Assembly: GCA_044223005.1 (NCBI GenBank)
Contig: JBGAML010000003.1
Span: forward strand, 160,001-224,000
From: Candidatus Eiseniibacteriota bacterium
GTDB lineage: Bacteria; Eisenbacteria; RBG-16-71-46
Direction of reading: 5' to 3'
DNA length: 64,000 bases
Positions 1 to 9,942 of the stretch are shown here, piece by piece. Numbering within the stretch: the first letter of the stretch is position 1; every line of letters starts with the position of its first letter. Under the pieces are notes generated by a model that made no database searches, was not told the origin of the DNA, and saw nothing but the letters and a program-made list of their open reading frames with translations. Position numbers and translations under genes: made by a program.

Positions 1-1
1 G

Positions 2-211
2 GCGTGGACGATCCAGCAGGTGCTCGACTACCTGCTCGGCCTCACGAAGACGAAGATCGAGGTCAAGCAGGATCCCGCGCGGCTGCGTCCGAGCGACGTG
101 CCGATCCTGCTCGGCGACAACAGCAAGTTCGTGAAGGCGACGGGCTGGCAGCCGACGATCCCGTTCGAGAAGACGCTGACCGACATGCTGGAGCACTGGC
201 GCTCGCGCTGA
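2..211 (+). CDS. GDP-sugar dehydratase/reductase (Gmd/Rmd-like SDR), 3' end only; truncated by window edge
   Basis: Frame open from base 2: AWTIQQVLDYLL...DPARLRPSDVPILLGDNSK...GWQPTIPFEKTLTDMLEHWR, a typical C-terminus of GDP-mannose dehydratase/Rmd enzymes. Confidence 0.8.
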   Translation, partial: AWTIQQVLDYLLGLTKTKIEVKQDPARLRPSDVPILLGDNSKFVKATGWQPTIPFEKTLTDMLEHWRSR

Positions 212-237
212 CGTCGGCACGGCCGCCGCGCGTCCGC

Positions 238-1779
238 ATGGAATCGTCCCGACCGACCGGCCTCGCGCGGAAGCTCGCCGCCAACACGCTGCACGCGGCG
301 AGCGGGCGCGTGATCGGGATCATCCTCTGGCTGCTGCTCACGCCCCCCATGCTGCGCTCGCTGGGGGCGGACGGCTTCGGGATCTGGTCGCTGTTCTCGG
401 CGCTCACCGGCTACCTGGGCGCGCTCGACTTCGGGTTCTCGCAGGCGACGCTGCGCTCGGTGTCGGCCGCGCACGCCCGCGAGGAGCAGGCCCGCGGCGG
501 GGACGTCGCGACGCTCGCCGTGCTCGGCTACGTGGCCCTGGGCCTGCTCTGGGGCGCCGTGATCCCGCTCGTGCGCGGGCCGGTGCTGGAGTTCCTGCGC
601 GTGCCGCCCGAGGTGATGCCGGGTGCGTCGTTCGCGATCGTCGCCGGCGCGGTCGTGTTCGTGCTCGCGGGCGTCGCCGGCACCGGCATCGCCATCCTGC
701 AGGGCAGCGGCCGGTTCGATCTCGGCAACGCCGCGCTCGTGACCGTGGTGCTCGTGCAGGCGGCGGGCATCGTCGCGTCCATGCGCTTCGGCTGGGGCCT
801 GCCGGGCATGGTGTGCGCGACCGGCGCGGGCTGGGCCGCGGCCTCGCTGCTCGCGCTCGGCGCGATCCGCGCCCGGGTGCCCGCGTTCGCGTGGGCCGGC
901 CCGGCCCGGGCGTTCGCGCGGCTGGGTGAGGTCGTGCGCTTCGGCGGGCCCATGCAGGTCGGCAACGTGCTCGGCGTGATCCATCAGCAGGTGGACAAGG
1001 TGTTCCTGTCGCGCTTCGTCGCGCTCGCGAGCGTGGCGCCGTACGAGCTGGGCCTGCGCGTGTCGACCGCCACCTCGACGTTCCCGCAGCTCATGCTGCT
1101 CGCGCTGACGCCCGCGGCCGCCGCGATGGTGGCGCAGCAGCAGTACGGCCCCCTGCTCGAACTGATGCGCCGCGCGAGCCGCTACGTGCTCGCGCTCGCG
1201 GCGATCGGCACCGGCGTGGTGCTGGGCTCGGCGAAGCCTCTCTTCGCCGCGTGGCTCGGCGCGCCCTCGCCCGACGCCGAGCGCGCGCTCTGGGGCCTCG
1301 GCGTCGCGGCCTACTTCGCGCTCGCCGCCGGCGTCACGCTCGCGCTCGCGCGGGGCGCGGGGCGCACGGATCTCGAGGCGCGCTTCTCGGCGCTCGCGCT
1401 GGCGATCCACCTCGTGCTCGCGTTCGTGCTCGTGCCGCGCATGGGCCTGGCGGGCGCGCTCGTGGCGATCGCGGTGGCCAACGCCGTCGCGCTGCCGTGG
1501 TTCCTCGCCGCGCTCGCGCGCGTGTTCGCGTGGGACCCGTGGCCACTCGTGCTCGAGCCATTCGGCCTGCCGCTCGCCGTCGTCGCGGCCGGTGCCGCCG
1601 CGGGCATGGGCCTCGCGCGCGCCGGGCTGCCCGGGCTGCTCGGTGCTCCGTGGCCGCACCTCGTACTGGTCGCGGGCGCCTCGGCGCTCGCGGGCGCGGC
1701 CGTCGCGTTCGGCAGCGGCTACGTGCGCCCCGGCGAGTTGCTCTCGCTGCTGCGGCCCGCGAAGGGAACCGCCGCGTGA
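238..1779 (+). CDS. Polysaccharide flippase (Wzx / MOP superfamily)
   Basis: ATG at 238; many TM helices; LGADGFGIWSL...LDFGFSQATLR and QVDKVFLSRF motifs. Confidence 0.85.
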   Translation: MESSRPTGLARKLAANTLHAASGRVIGIILWLLLTPPMLRSLGADGFGIWSLFSALTGYLGALDFGFSQATLRSVSAAHAREEQARGGDVATLAVLGYVALGLLWGAVIPLVRGPVLEFLRVPPEVMPGASFAIVAGAVVFVLAGVAGTGIAILQGSGRFDLGNAALVTVVLVQAAGIVASMRFGWGLPGMVCATGAGWAAASLLALGAIRARVPAFAWAGPARAFARLGEVVRFGGPMQVGNVLGVIHQQVDKVFLSRFVALASVAPYELGLRVSTATSTFPQLMLLALTPAAAAMVAQQQYGPLLELMRRASRYVLALAAIGTGVVLGSAKPLFAAWLGAPSPDAERALWGLGVAAYFALAAGVTLALARGAGRTDLEARFSALALAIHLVLAFVLVPRMGLAGALVAIAVANAVALPWFLAALARVFAWDPWPLVLEPFGLPLAVVAAGAAAGMGLARAGLPGLLGAPWPHLVLVAGASALAGAAVAFGSGYVRPGELLSLLRPAKGTAA

Positions 1780-2735
1780 GCGCGCTTTCGGGTTCGCGCG
1801 TCCTCGTCACCGGCGCGGGCGGCTTCGTGGGCCCGCACCTCGTGCGCGAGCTGGTCGCGCGCGGCGCCACGGTGCACGGCATCGGCCTCGGCGCGCCGCC
1901 CGCCGACGTGCCGATCGCGAGCTGGCGCGAATGCGACCTCGCCACGGGTGAAGGGCTCGCGGACGCGCTCGCGGCGGTCGCGCCCGCCGCGATCGTCCAC
2001 CTCGCGGGGCAGAGCAGCGCCGCGCGCTCGTTCGAGATCCCCGAGGAGACGTTCCGCGCCAACGTGGTCGGCACGCAGAAGCTGCTCGAGGCCGTGCGCG
2101 ATGCCGCCCCGCGGGCGCGCGTACTCGCGGTGACGACGAGCGAGATCTACGGTCCGTGCGAGCGTCCCGACCAGCGCATGCGCGAGGACGCACCGTTCCG
2201 GCCGGTGAGCCCGTACGGTCTCTCCAAGGCCGCGGCCGACGATCTCGCGCGCGAGTTCGGCGCCGCGCACGGGCTCGACGTGGTGCGCGTGCGGCCGTTC
2301 GGGCACGCGGGGCCGGGGCAGACGCCGCGCTTCGTGATCCCGAGCTGGGCGTACCAGGTCGCGCAGGCCGAGCGCGGGCTGGCCGAGCCCGTGATCCGCG
2401 TCGGCAACCTGGAGGTCGTGCGCGACCTGTCGGACGTGCGCGATGTCGTGCGCGGCTACGCCGCGATGATCGAGCGCGCGGCGCGCGGCGAGGCCTACAA
2501 TCTCTGCCGCGGCGAAGGCGTGCTGCTCTCGGACGTCGTGCATCGCTTCGCGGCCCTGGCGCGCGTGCCGGTGCGCGTCGAAGTCGATCCGGCGCGGCTG
2601 CGGCCCGCCGACCTGCCGGTGCTGGTCGGCGACCCGACGCGGGCGCGCGAGGAATGCGGCTGGGCCGTGACGATCCCGCTGCAGCAGATGCTCGAGGACG
2701 TGCTCGCGGAGTGGCGCGCGGCCGCCGGGGCCTGA
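1776..2735 (+). CDS. GDP-4-keto-6-deoxy-mannose reductase / GDP-mannose dehydratase family SDR (Rmd-like)
   Basis: GTG overlaps upstream TGA; VLVTGAGGFVG Rossmann motif, YGLSK catalytic motif, VGNLEVVRDLSDVRDVV. Confidence 0.8.
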   Translation: MSALSGSRVLVTGAGGFVGPHLVRELVARGATVHGIGLGAPPADVPIASWRECDLATGEGLADALAAVAPAAIVHLAGQSSAARSFEIPEETFRANVVGTQKLLEAVRDAAPRARVLAVTTSEIYGPCERPDQRMREDAPFRPVSPYGLSKAAADDLAREFGAAHGLDVVRVRPFGHAGPGQTPRFVIPSWAYQVAQAERGLAEPVIRVGNLEVVRDLSDVRDVVRGYAAMIERAARGEAYNLCRGEGVLLSDVVHRFAALARVPVRVEVDPARLRPADLPVLVGDPTRAREECGWAVTIPLQQMLEDVLAEWRAAAGA

Positions 2736-2742
2736 CGCGCCC

Positions 2743-3174
2743 TCAGGCCACCGGGCCGGAGCCGACCTCGCGGCGGTGCGCGTCGCTCGCGTCGTAGTCG
2801 AGCGGCGAGCACTCCAGCACCTGCGCGTACTCCAGCGCCGCGAACGCGTGCGCGCAGCGCGGCGCGATCTCGAGCAGGTCGCCGGCCTCGAGCTCGAGCG
2901 TCTCGCGCTGGCCCGTGTCGAGGTCCTCGAAAACGCCGCGCAGCCGGCCACGGATCACGTAGAAGCTCTCGTGCTTCTTCTCGTGCCAGTGGTTGCCGCG
3001 CCACGCGCCGGTGCCGGGCAGGAACTCGAGGTAGCCGACGAACCGGAACGGCGTGCCGTTGAAGATCGGGGCCGCTTCCCCGGCGGCCATGCGGATGCGC
3101 ACGCCGTCGAGGATCGGCGTCGCGGGCGGCTGGTCGAGGAGCGGCAGGCGGCGAAGCGTGAGCTTGGAGAGCAC
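2743..3174 (-). CDS. Cupin-domain protein (FdtA/WxcM-like sugar isomerase family)
   Basis: RGNHWHEKKHESFYVIRG...IAPRCAHAF cupin motifs; GTG start just after stop of upstream gene. Confidence 0.7.
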   Translation of the reverse strand: MLSKLTLRRLPLLDQPPATPILDGVRIRMAAGEAAPIFNGTPFRFVGYLEFLPGTGAWRGNHWHEKKHESFYVIRGRLRGVFEDLDTGQRETLELEAGDLLEIAPRCAHAFAALEYAQVLECSPLDYDASDAHRREVGSGPVA

Positions 3175-3182
3175 GTGGGGAA

Positions 3183-3710
3183 TCAGCCGTTCTTCGGTTC
3201 CCAGACGCCCTCGAGCACGCAGTCCCACGGGAACTTGAACTCGTCCGCCGGGTCGTAGACGTGACTCTGGCAGTTGACCACCAGCACCTCGGGCGCGCTC
3301 AGCGCCTTCCAGCCGTGCATGAGCCGCGGCGGGATCTTGATCAGCCGCGGGCGCAGGCTGCCGAGGATGAACGTGTTCACGTGCCGGAACGTCGCGGACT
3401 CGGGACGGAGATCGGCGATCGTCACCTGCAGCTTGCCGCGCGTGACGGTCTGCTGGTCCGTGTGCACTTCGTGCAGGTGCCAGGCCTTCACCACGCCGTG
3501 GTCGGTGGCGCTCTGGTAGACGTGCGCCGCGCGCACCATGCCCTGCGGCAGCCAGGACTCGCTCCACAGTTCCGTCACGTCCCCGCGGCCGTCGAGATGC
3601 ACGGTCAGGTCGCGCACGAGCACGCCCTCGATGGTGGCCTTGCCGGCGGGCTGGATCAGGAACTCGAGGCCCTGGAGCCACTCGACGGTGATTTCCTTCA
3701 CGTGCTTCAC
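3183..3710 (-). CDS. dTDP-4-dehydrorhamnose 3,5-epimerase family protein (RmlC-like)
   Basis: HLDGRGDVTE, VVKAWHLH, IADLRPESATF, IPPRLMHGW motifs. Confidence 0.8.
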   Translation of the reverse strand: MKHVKEITVEWLQGLEFLIQPAGKATIEGVLVRDLTVHLDGRGDVTELWSESWLPQGMVRAAHVYQSATDHGVVKAWHLHEVHTDQQTVTRGKLQVTIADLRPESATFRHVNTFILGSLRPRLIKIPPRLMHGWKALSAPEVLVVNCQSHVYDPADEFKFPWDCVLEGVWEPKNG

Positions 3711-3894
3711 GCGGCGCCTCGCGATCGATGGGGTGAGGGGGCGAACGGTCGCGGGGACTCTAACCACCGGATGCGCCGCGGTGCAACGGCGTGTCGTGCC
3801 GGCTGTTCGCGCTCCGGGTGCTCCGCCGCGCACGTCTTCGCCAGCATTTGCGCCCGCCCGACACGCCGGGTAGCTTTCCCGGGATGAACCCCGC

Positions 3895-5358
3895 ATGCAC
3901 GAGTCCCGGAGCCGCTCGATGAGCGCCGCACCGGCCCCTCCGGCGCCCCCGCGCCGCCGTGACCCGGCCGCACTCCTGCTCCTGATGGGTTCGCTCGCCG
4001 CGGGGATGCTGCTCACCGTCGCCGCGAACGTGTGGCTCGGCGTGGCGGTGATGGCGCTCGGCGTCGTCCTCACGCTGCGGCCCTTCGATCCGCTCGTCGC
4101 GGCGCTGCTGGCCGGGGGCGCCGCGACCTTCGCCGCCTACGGTGAACACGGCATCCAGCGCGACCTCGCCGTCGTCGCCGCGATCACGGTCTACGTGCTC
4201 GTCTCGTTCGGGGTGGCGTGTTCGCAACGCCGCTGGCACCTGCCGGCCTCGCCGGTCGTGACCGCGCTCGCCGCGCTGGCATTCACCACACTGGTGGGCA
4301 TCGGACACGGCCTCGCGGTGCACAACAAGACGAGCAACATGTTCCTCGAGGTCCTGCCGCTGTTCTCGCTCTCGTTCGTGGCCGTGATCGGCGGACTCCG
4401 GCTGCGCCCGATCGATCCCCGGCTCGCGCTGTGGGGGCTCGCCCTCGTCGCGATCGGGTCGGCGGCGGCGGGATTCCACTTCTACGGCTCGACCGGGATC
4501 CGCACCGGCGGCATGGCGTTCTCGCCGGTTCCCGGCCTCGTGGCGCTGGTCTTCTTCGGCGTCACGCTGTTCGATCCCGCGCCCCGGCCGAAGCTGCTTC
4601 CGCTGCTCGTGTTCTGCGTGCTGGTGGCGCACCAGGTGGTCACCTTCACGCGCGGCTTCTGGCTCGGCCTGCTGGGCGGCGTGCCGCTCATCTGCCTGCT
4701 CTACGTCCGCCGCGGTGCCGGGCAGCGTGCCGGGCAGCGGCGGCGCCTGTCGAAGGTGGTCGCGACGCTGGGGCTCGCAATGGGCATTCTCGTCGTGGGC
4801 GTGCTGGCCGCGGCGTCACGCCCGCCGTGGAACGAGCTCGTCGGGCTGCTCAGCGAGCGCTTCTCGTCGAGCTTCACGACGCGGAACACGCCCGAGACGG
4901 TGTCGAACGTCGCGCGTCTCGTCGAGATCCGGACCTCGATCACCGCGCTCTCGCACTCGCCGGTGTTCGGTCTGGGGCACGGCTGCATGCTCGTCGTCCA
5001 CCAGTTCTTCCACACCGAAGGCGGGCCGCAGTGGTACATCCACCAGGCCTACGTGATGATGTGGCTCAAGCAGGGCGTCTTCGGCGTGCTCGCCCTGCTG
5101 TGGCTGCTCGTCACGGTGTTCCGCATGGGCTGGACCGGCGCCGCGCAGGCGGATCCCGAGGCCGCGGGCTGGAGCGCTGCCAGCGCGGCGTGCACGTTCT
5201 TCGTGGCCAGCGTCGGGTTGACGAACTACTTCTTCTTCAACGTCAACCAGAGCTTCGTGCTGGCGTTCATCTGGGGCGTCACGCTCGCGACGAGCCGGCC
5301 CGGCGCCCTGCGCCTGGTGTGGCGCTCGCGGCCACGCATTCCTCCGCCTCAGGCCTGA
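3895..5358 (+). CDS. O-antigen ligase / Wzy polymerase family membrane protein
   Basis: Multi-TM; TFTRGFWLG, SPVFGLGHG, YIHQAYVMMWLKQGVFG (Wzy_C-like); start may be ATG 3919. Confidence 0.75.
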   Translation: MHESRSRSMSAAPAPPAPPRRRDPAALLLLMGSLAAGMLLTVAANVWLGVAVMALGVVLTLRPFDPLVAALLAGGAATFAAYGEHGIQRDLAVVAAITVYVLVSFGVACSQRRWHLPASPVVTALAALAFTTLVGIGHGLAVHNKTSNMFLEVLPLFSLSFVAVIGGLRLRPIDPRLALWGLALVAIGSAAAGFHFYGSTGIRTGGMAFSPVPGLVALVFFGVTLFDPAPRPKLLPLLVFCVLVAHQVVTFTRGFWLGLLGGVPLICLLYVRRGAGQRAGQRRRLSKVVATLGLAMGILVVGVLAAASRPPWNELVGLLSERFSSSFTTRNTPETVSNVARLVEIRTSITALSHSPVFGLGHGCMLVVHQFFHTEGGPQWYIHQAYVMMWLKQGVFGVLALLWLLVTVFRMGWTGAAQADPEAAGWSAASAACTFFVASVGLTNYFFFNVNQSFVLAFIWGVTLATSRPGALRLVWRSRPRIPPPQA

Positions 5359-6608
5359 GGCGCGCTCCGTTCCGGCCGCCGCCACCCGCGCCAGACGAGC
5401 GCGAGCTGGGCGAGCGAGGCGACCAGCATCGCGATCACCGCGCCGATCGTGCCGAGGCGCCACATGAGCGGGATGCCCGGAAACGCCACCACGACGGGTA
5501 GCGCGATCGCGCCGATCGCCACGCGGTGCGGTACGCGGCCCGCCCGCAGTCCGTTCGCGAGCAGGTAGCAGAGGCCGTCGGGCAGCACGAGCAGGAACAC
5601 CCACGGCAGGAGGCGCGCGACCGCGTCGTAGCGGCCGGCGTAGGCCACGTGCACGAGCCACGGTCCCACGAGGGCGGCGCCGGCGGCGAGCACGAGCGAG
5701 ACGACCGTCCAGGCACCGGCGAGCCGCGCGAGCGAACCGGCGAAACCGGCGCGGGACTCGTGGGCCGACCAGCGGGGGAGCAGCAGCAGCGTCAGCGCCT
5801 GGTTCGCCTGGATCACGGGGTAGACGAAGTTCAGCAGCGCGCGCAGCTCGGCGGCGCTCTGCAGCCCGTGCCGCATCGGCAGCAGGAAGTAGTAGAGGTT
5901 CCCGCTCCAGCCGAGCAGCGCGGTCAGCAGCGCCCAGCGACCGTAGTCCCAGTGCGCGCGAACGAGATTCTCCGGCGCCGGCTCGGCGCCCACGGCCGGC
6001 GGGCGCGACACGAGCAGGCCCCCCAGCGCGGCGGCTCCGAGGGCCGCCATGCCGGAGAACGCTCCCAGTCGCCCGAAGCGGTGGAGCGCGAACAGCGCCG
6101 ACGTGCCGAGGACCAGGAACACCGTGCTCGCGACCAGGGACCGCGTGATGCGGCCTTCGAGGTAGAGCGTGCGGCGGCGCAACCAGAGCGCCAGCAGCGG
6201 CGGGCACGCGAGCGCCGCGCCGGCGTAGGCCGCCGCCGCCGCGGGCTGGTGCAGGAGCGCGTTCACGCCCGCGGCCGCCAGCAGCAGCGGTGACACCGCG
6301 AGCGCGGTGCCGAAGTTCATGCGCTCGACGGCGCGGACGTAGGCGCCAGCCTGCGCCCGGAATCGCGACGGCGCGAAGACCGACATGGGCTCGGCGAACA
6401 GCGCCGTCTGCGCCTGCGTGAGGAGCAGGAACGTGCTGTACGCGAGCACGAAACCACCGTAGGCGACCGCGTCGAGCCCGCGGCCGAGCAGCAGCACCAT
6501 CAGGCTGCTCGCGCCGACGAAGAGGAACTGGTCCAGGATCGCCGCGACGCCGGCCCGGACGACCGTCGCTCCGGGTGCCGGGGATTCGGGACCGGCGGCG
6601 GTGCTCAT
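5349..6608 (-). CDS. Polysaccharide flippase-like membrane protein (Wzx)
   Basis: Multi-TM; ILDQFLFVGAS...LDAVAYGGFVLAYS N-terminus typical of Wzx-like proteins. Confidence 0.75.
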   Translation of the reverse strand: MSTAAGPESPAPGATVVRAGVAAILDQFLFVGASSLMVLLLGRGLDAVAYGGFVLAYSTFLLLTQAQTALFAEPMSVFAPSRFRAQAGAYVRAVERMNFGTALAVSPLLLAAAGVNALLHQPAAAAAYAGAALACPPLLALWLRRRTLYLEGRITRSLVASTVFLVLGTSALFALHRFGRLGAFSGMAALGAAALGGLLVSRPPAVGAEPAPENLVRAHWDYGRWALLTALLGWSGNLYYFLLPMRHGLQSAAELRALLNFVYPVIQANQALTLLLLPRWSAHESRAGFAGSLARLAGAWTVVSLVLAAGAALVGPWLVHVAYAGRYDAVARLLPWVFLLVLPDGLCYLLANGLRAGRVPHRVAIGAIALPVVVAFPGIPLMWRLGTIGAVIAMLVASLAQLALVWRGWRRPERSAPQA

Positions 6609-7555
6609 GCGAAGAACCGGCCGAGCACGACGCGCTGGAAGAGCAGGGCCGCGACGCGGTCGAGCGGCAGGCCGCCCGGCCGTTCTCGAAGCGCGCTGGC
6701 GATGTCGCGCATGCGCGCCCAGCCGCCGGGCCGCCCGAGGAACTCGCGCGCGTTGACCAGGAACAGCGAGGCGTTCACCCGGCGCGGGTCGAGCGCCAGG
6801 CCGCGGGCCGCGGCGACCTCGTCGAGGAGCCGGAAGTCGTCGGTGAGCCGCTTGCGAACGTCCATCGACATGTGGAACCGCCCCGCGTGCGCCTTCCATG
6901 CGAACAGCGGCGTGCCCCAGAGCAGCAGCGGCACGTCGTCGTCGGCGAGGAACGCGAGCGTGGCCCGCTGGTCGGTGTGCGTCGGGTCGTCGGGGTCGAA
7001 GCGGACGGCGCGCGGGCCGTCGAGGCGGTAGACGTTGGCCTGCAGCGGGCCGAAGCAGAGCGCCGCGCTGCCCAGCGCGTTGCGCACGAACTCGCGCGCG
7101 CGCACCTCGCGCCGCGGCTCGCGGATGAACAGCCGGCCGATCCGGCGCGGCCGGCCGTCGGCTTCCACGATGCGGTAGCGCGCGAGCGCGAGCGGCGCTC
7201 CACACGCGCGCATGGCCGCCGTGAGCGCGAGCGGATCGGCGCCGGGCAGCCACTCGTCGCCGACCATGAGGAACGTGCCGTAGGCGGCGCCGAGAGCCTC
7301 CGCGCGCTCGAGGCAGCGGTTCCAGTTCCCGACGCGGCCGAGGTTCGTCTCGTTGCGGTGCACGTGCAGCAGTCCGCCCGCACTCGCGGCGAGCTCGAGC
7401 GCGGCCTCGTACGAGCCGTCGTCCGAGCCGTTGTCGCTCACGATCACGGCCACGCGGCCGGGATCGAGCCCGCCGGCGAGGCACGAGCGCAGCGTGGCCG
7501 CGAGCAGCTCGCCGCCGTTCCAGGTGGGCACGAGCAGCGCGAACTCAGGCTTCAC
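6605..7555 (-). CDS. Glycosyltransferase family 2
   Basis: LLVPTWNG, VIVSDNGSDDGS, RNETNLGRVGNWNRCL. Confidence 0.85.
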   Translation of the reverse strand: MKPEFALLVPTWNGGELLAATLRSCLAGGLDPGRVAVIVSDNGSDDGSYEAALELAASAGGLLHVHRNETNLGRVGNWNRCLERAEALGAAYGTFLMVGDEWLPGADPLALTAAMRACGAPLALARYRIVEADGRPRRIGRLFIREPRREVRAREFVRNALGSAALCFGPLQANVYRLDGPRAVRFDPDDPTHTDQRATLAFLADDDVPLLLWGTPLFAWKAHAGRFHMSMDVRKRLTDDFRLLDEVAAARGLALDPRRVNASLFLVNAREFLGRPGGWARMRDIASALRERPGGLPLDRVAALLFQRVVLGRFFA

Positions 7556-8270
7556 GCGCGAACGCCTCCACTTCCTCGGGCGTCCCGAGCGGGTGCACGG
7601 CGTCCGCGGGCACGCGGTGCACCCACAGCGGCCGGCCGGCCTCGACGAGGTGCTGGTACATCGGCGCGACGTAGCGCTCGCGCAGCGTCGCGGGCAGCCC
7701 GGCGCCGTAGAAGGCGCGGTAGGTCTGCTCGTAGAGGTCGATCGACGAGAAGTAGTAGAGCCCGATCGAGCAGTGCTCGGAGATGCGTACCTTCTCGCGC
7801 GCCTCGACGACGCGGTCGTCGGCGTCGGTGCGGAAGAAGCTCCACGCGTCGCCCACGCCGGGGAAGCAGGGGATCCAGCCATCGCCGCGGACGTCGCGCG
7901 GGTGCAGGCTGCGCGGCTCGACGTAGGTGTCGATGTTGTAGACGAGCAGCGGCGCCGCGGGGTCGCGTTCGCGGAGCGACGGCAGCGTGAGCAGCACGGT
8001 GGTGGCCTGGCCGTCGGTCACGTGGTCGAGCTCGATCAGCACCGGATCCTCCACGCCGAAGGCGCGGATCTCGCGGCGCACGAGTTCCCCGGGCTGGTCT
8101 TCGGCGCGCACCACGAACGTGGCGTGCGCGCCCGGCAGGAAGTGGCGGAGGCTCTCCATCGCCCAGGCGAACATCGTCCGCCCGCGCACTTCGATCGCGT
8201 ACTTGGGGACGTTCCAGCCGCGGGCGCGGAAGCGGCTGCCCAGTCCGGCCATCGTGACGACGACGTGCAT
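7545..8270 (-). CDS. Nucleotidyltransferase-fold capsule biosynthesis protein (BcbG/KfoH-like)
   Basis: VVTMAGLGSRF...PKY, TDGQAT, VYNIDT, EKVRIS..CSIGLYYF, ERYVAPMY, LGTPEE. Confidence 0.8.
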   Translation of the reverse strand: MHVVVTMAGLGSRFRARGWNVPKYAIEVRGRTMFAWAMESLRHFLPGAHATFVVRAEDQPGELVRREIRAFGVEDPVLIELDHVTDGQATTVLLTLPSLRERDPAAPLLVYNIDTYVEPRSLHPRDVRGDGWIPCFPGVGDAWSFFRTDADDRVVEAREKVRISEHCSIGLYYFSSIDLYEQTYRAFYGAGLPATLRERYVAPMYQHLVEAGRPLWVHRVPADAVHPLGTPEEVEAFAREA

Positions 8271-8271
8271 C

Positions 8272-9942
8272 TCAGCGCCCGGGGCTGCCCGCGGGGCAGT
8301 CGAGGAACGCCGACGCCAGCTCGAGTCCGCGCGCGAGGAAGGCTTCCTGCGCGCGCGGGCGGTCGGCGTGCAGCGGGACCATGCTCAGGAACAGCAGCGC
8401 CTCGATGCCCCGCACGCGCCGCAGCGCCTGCGGGTCGGCGAGGAACGTCTGGTTGAACTGCCGGCGCACGGCGACGTGGCCTTCGTCCTCGAACACGCGC
8501 AGCACGATCCGGCCCGGCTCGGGGCGCGTGAGCGCGAACAGGCCGTGCACGAGGAAGTCGTACGCGCCGTTGAAGCTGTGCGAGAGCTTGGCGAGGTCGT
8601 AGCGCGGATCGCCGTGGAACGTGAAGTCCCCGAAGCGGCCGCGCGGATCGACGAGGCGGATCGCGCGGCTGCGGCGGTCGAACAGGATGTTGCTCGGGCA
8701 GAAGTCGCCGTGGATCGCCGCGAACGGCACGGGCTCGAGCAGCCCGGACGCCTCGAGCATCTCCGGCAGCCGGGCGATGCACGTCGCCAGGCCGAGGCAC
8801 GGGCGGCCGTTCACCTCGAGCGCGCCGTCCACGAGATCGCGCGGCAGCGTGGCGAGGTCGAGCCGGCCGAGGCGCTCGACGGTCTTGTCGAGGTACATCC
8901 GGCGCAGCGACGCGGCCACGCGCGCCGGATCGGCGGCCGGCGGCGACTGCGCGGCCATGTCGTCGAGCACCTGGCGGACGACGCGGAAGATCGCGCGCCA
9001 CTCGGTCGGGTCGAGGCGGGCGTAGAGGTAGATGTCCGACAGCGGCGGATAGCCGTAGAACTCCATCTGGATCCACGGGCCGTCGGCGGCGAGCGAGTGC
9101 GCGAACACCCGCGGCGCGAGGTACTGGATCGCGGGCGGGAGCGAGAGGTACCAGTTGATCTCGTCGCGGAAGTCGTCGGTGTTGCGGCTGCGCTTGGTGA
9201 GGATGCCGCGGCTCGCGTCGACGGTCACGTCGTTGAACGCGCGCTGCCCCATCGCGTACTGCAGCCGCGACGCCCAGTACGTGTCGAGGTGGCCGAGGTC
9301 GACCCAGTGCGCGGCCTCGCGGGCGCGCGGCGGGGTGGTCGACTCGCGGTAGTAGCGCTCGAGCGCGCCATAGAAGGGGTCGAGCCCCGGGACGGGCGCC
9401 GCGACGGCTTCGGCGAGGCGGGCGCGAAAGCGGGCGCCGTCGGCGAAGGCGAAGAGGCCGATGAAGACCGTGCCCGCGTCCTCCTTCTCGTAGCTCTTGT
9501 CCAGCAGCTGCACGGGATAGCCGGACGCGTCGAGCCGGAACGTGGTCCAGCGGTAGAGGTCGTCCGGCCGCGCGAACAGGAACTCGTCGCCTCCGAGCAC
9601 CTCGCCGGGCGCGTGCGTGTCTCCGAAGTGCACCACCAGGGGCCCGTTCCAGCCGCCCTCGGCCTCGAGCGCGCGCAGGACCGTCTCGCCGAGGCTGCGG
9701 GTGGCGCCGACGTCCACCATCGTCGTGCGCGCGGAGGCGCGGTGGGCGAGGTGCCGCGCGATCGTGTCGGCGCCGGCGTGCGCGGCGACTCGCACCGGCC
9801 AGTCGGCCGGGTAGCCCTGCTCGATCCGGTCGAGCACGGGCACGCTGCCGTACGGCACCATGCAGGACGGGATGCGGCCGAAGTCGCCCTGCAGCTCCGG
9901 CGGGATGTGCGTCGCGGACGGGATGACGACGAGGCTAGGCAT
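8272..9942 (-). CDS. Capsule biosynthesis protein: degenerate NTP-transferase N-domain fused to APH/kinase-like domain (BcbE/KfoE-like)
   Basis: IPPELQGDFGRIPSCMVP, FGDT, WVDLGHLDTYW, RAFND, EINWY, IHGDFCPSNILFD, LVDPRG, GDPRYDLAKLSHS, LFLSMVPLH. Confidence 0.8.
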   Translation of the reverse strand: MPSLVVIPSATHIPPELQGDFGRIPSCMVPYGSVPVLDRIEQGYPADWPVRVAAHAGADTIARHLAHRASARTTMVDVGATRSLGETVLRALEAEGGWNGPLVVHFGDTHAPGEVLGGDEFLFARPDDLYRWTTFRLDASGYPVQLLDKSYEKEDAGTVFIGLFAFADGARFRARLAEAVAAPVPGLDPFYGALERYYRESTTPPRAREAAHWVDLGHLDTYWASRLQYAMGQRAFNDVTVDASRGILTKRSRNTDDFRDEINWYLSLPPAIQYLAPRVFAHSLAADGPWIQMEFYGYPPLSDIYLYARLDPTEWRAIFRVVRQVLDDMAAQSPPAADPARVAASLRRMYLDKTVERLGRLDLATLPRDLVDGALEVNGRPCLGLATCIARLPEMLEASGLLEPVPFAAIHGDFCPSNILFDRRSRAIRLVDPRGRFGDFTFHGDPRYDLAKLSHSFNGAYDFLVHGLFALTRPEPGRIVLRVFEDEGHVAVRRQFNQTFLADPQALRRVRGIEALLFLSMVPLHADRPRAQEAFLARGLELASAFLDCPAGSPGR

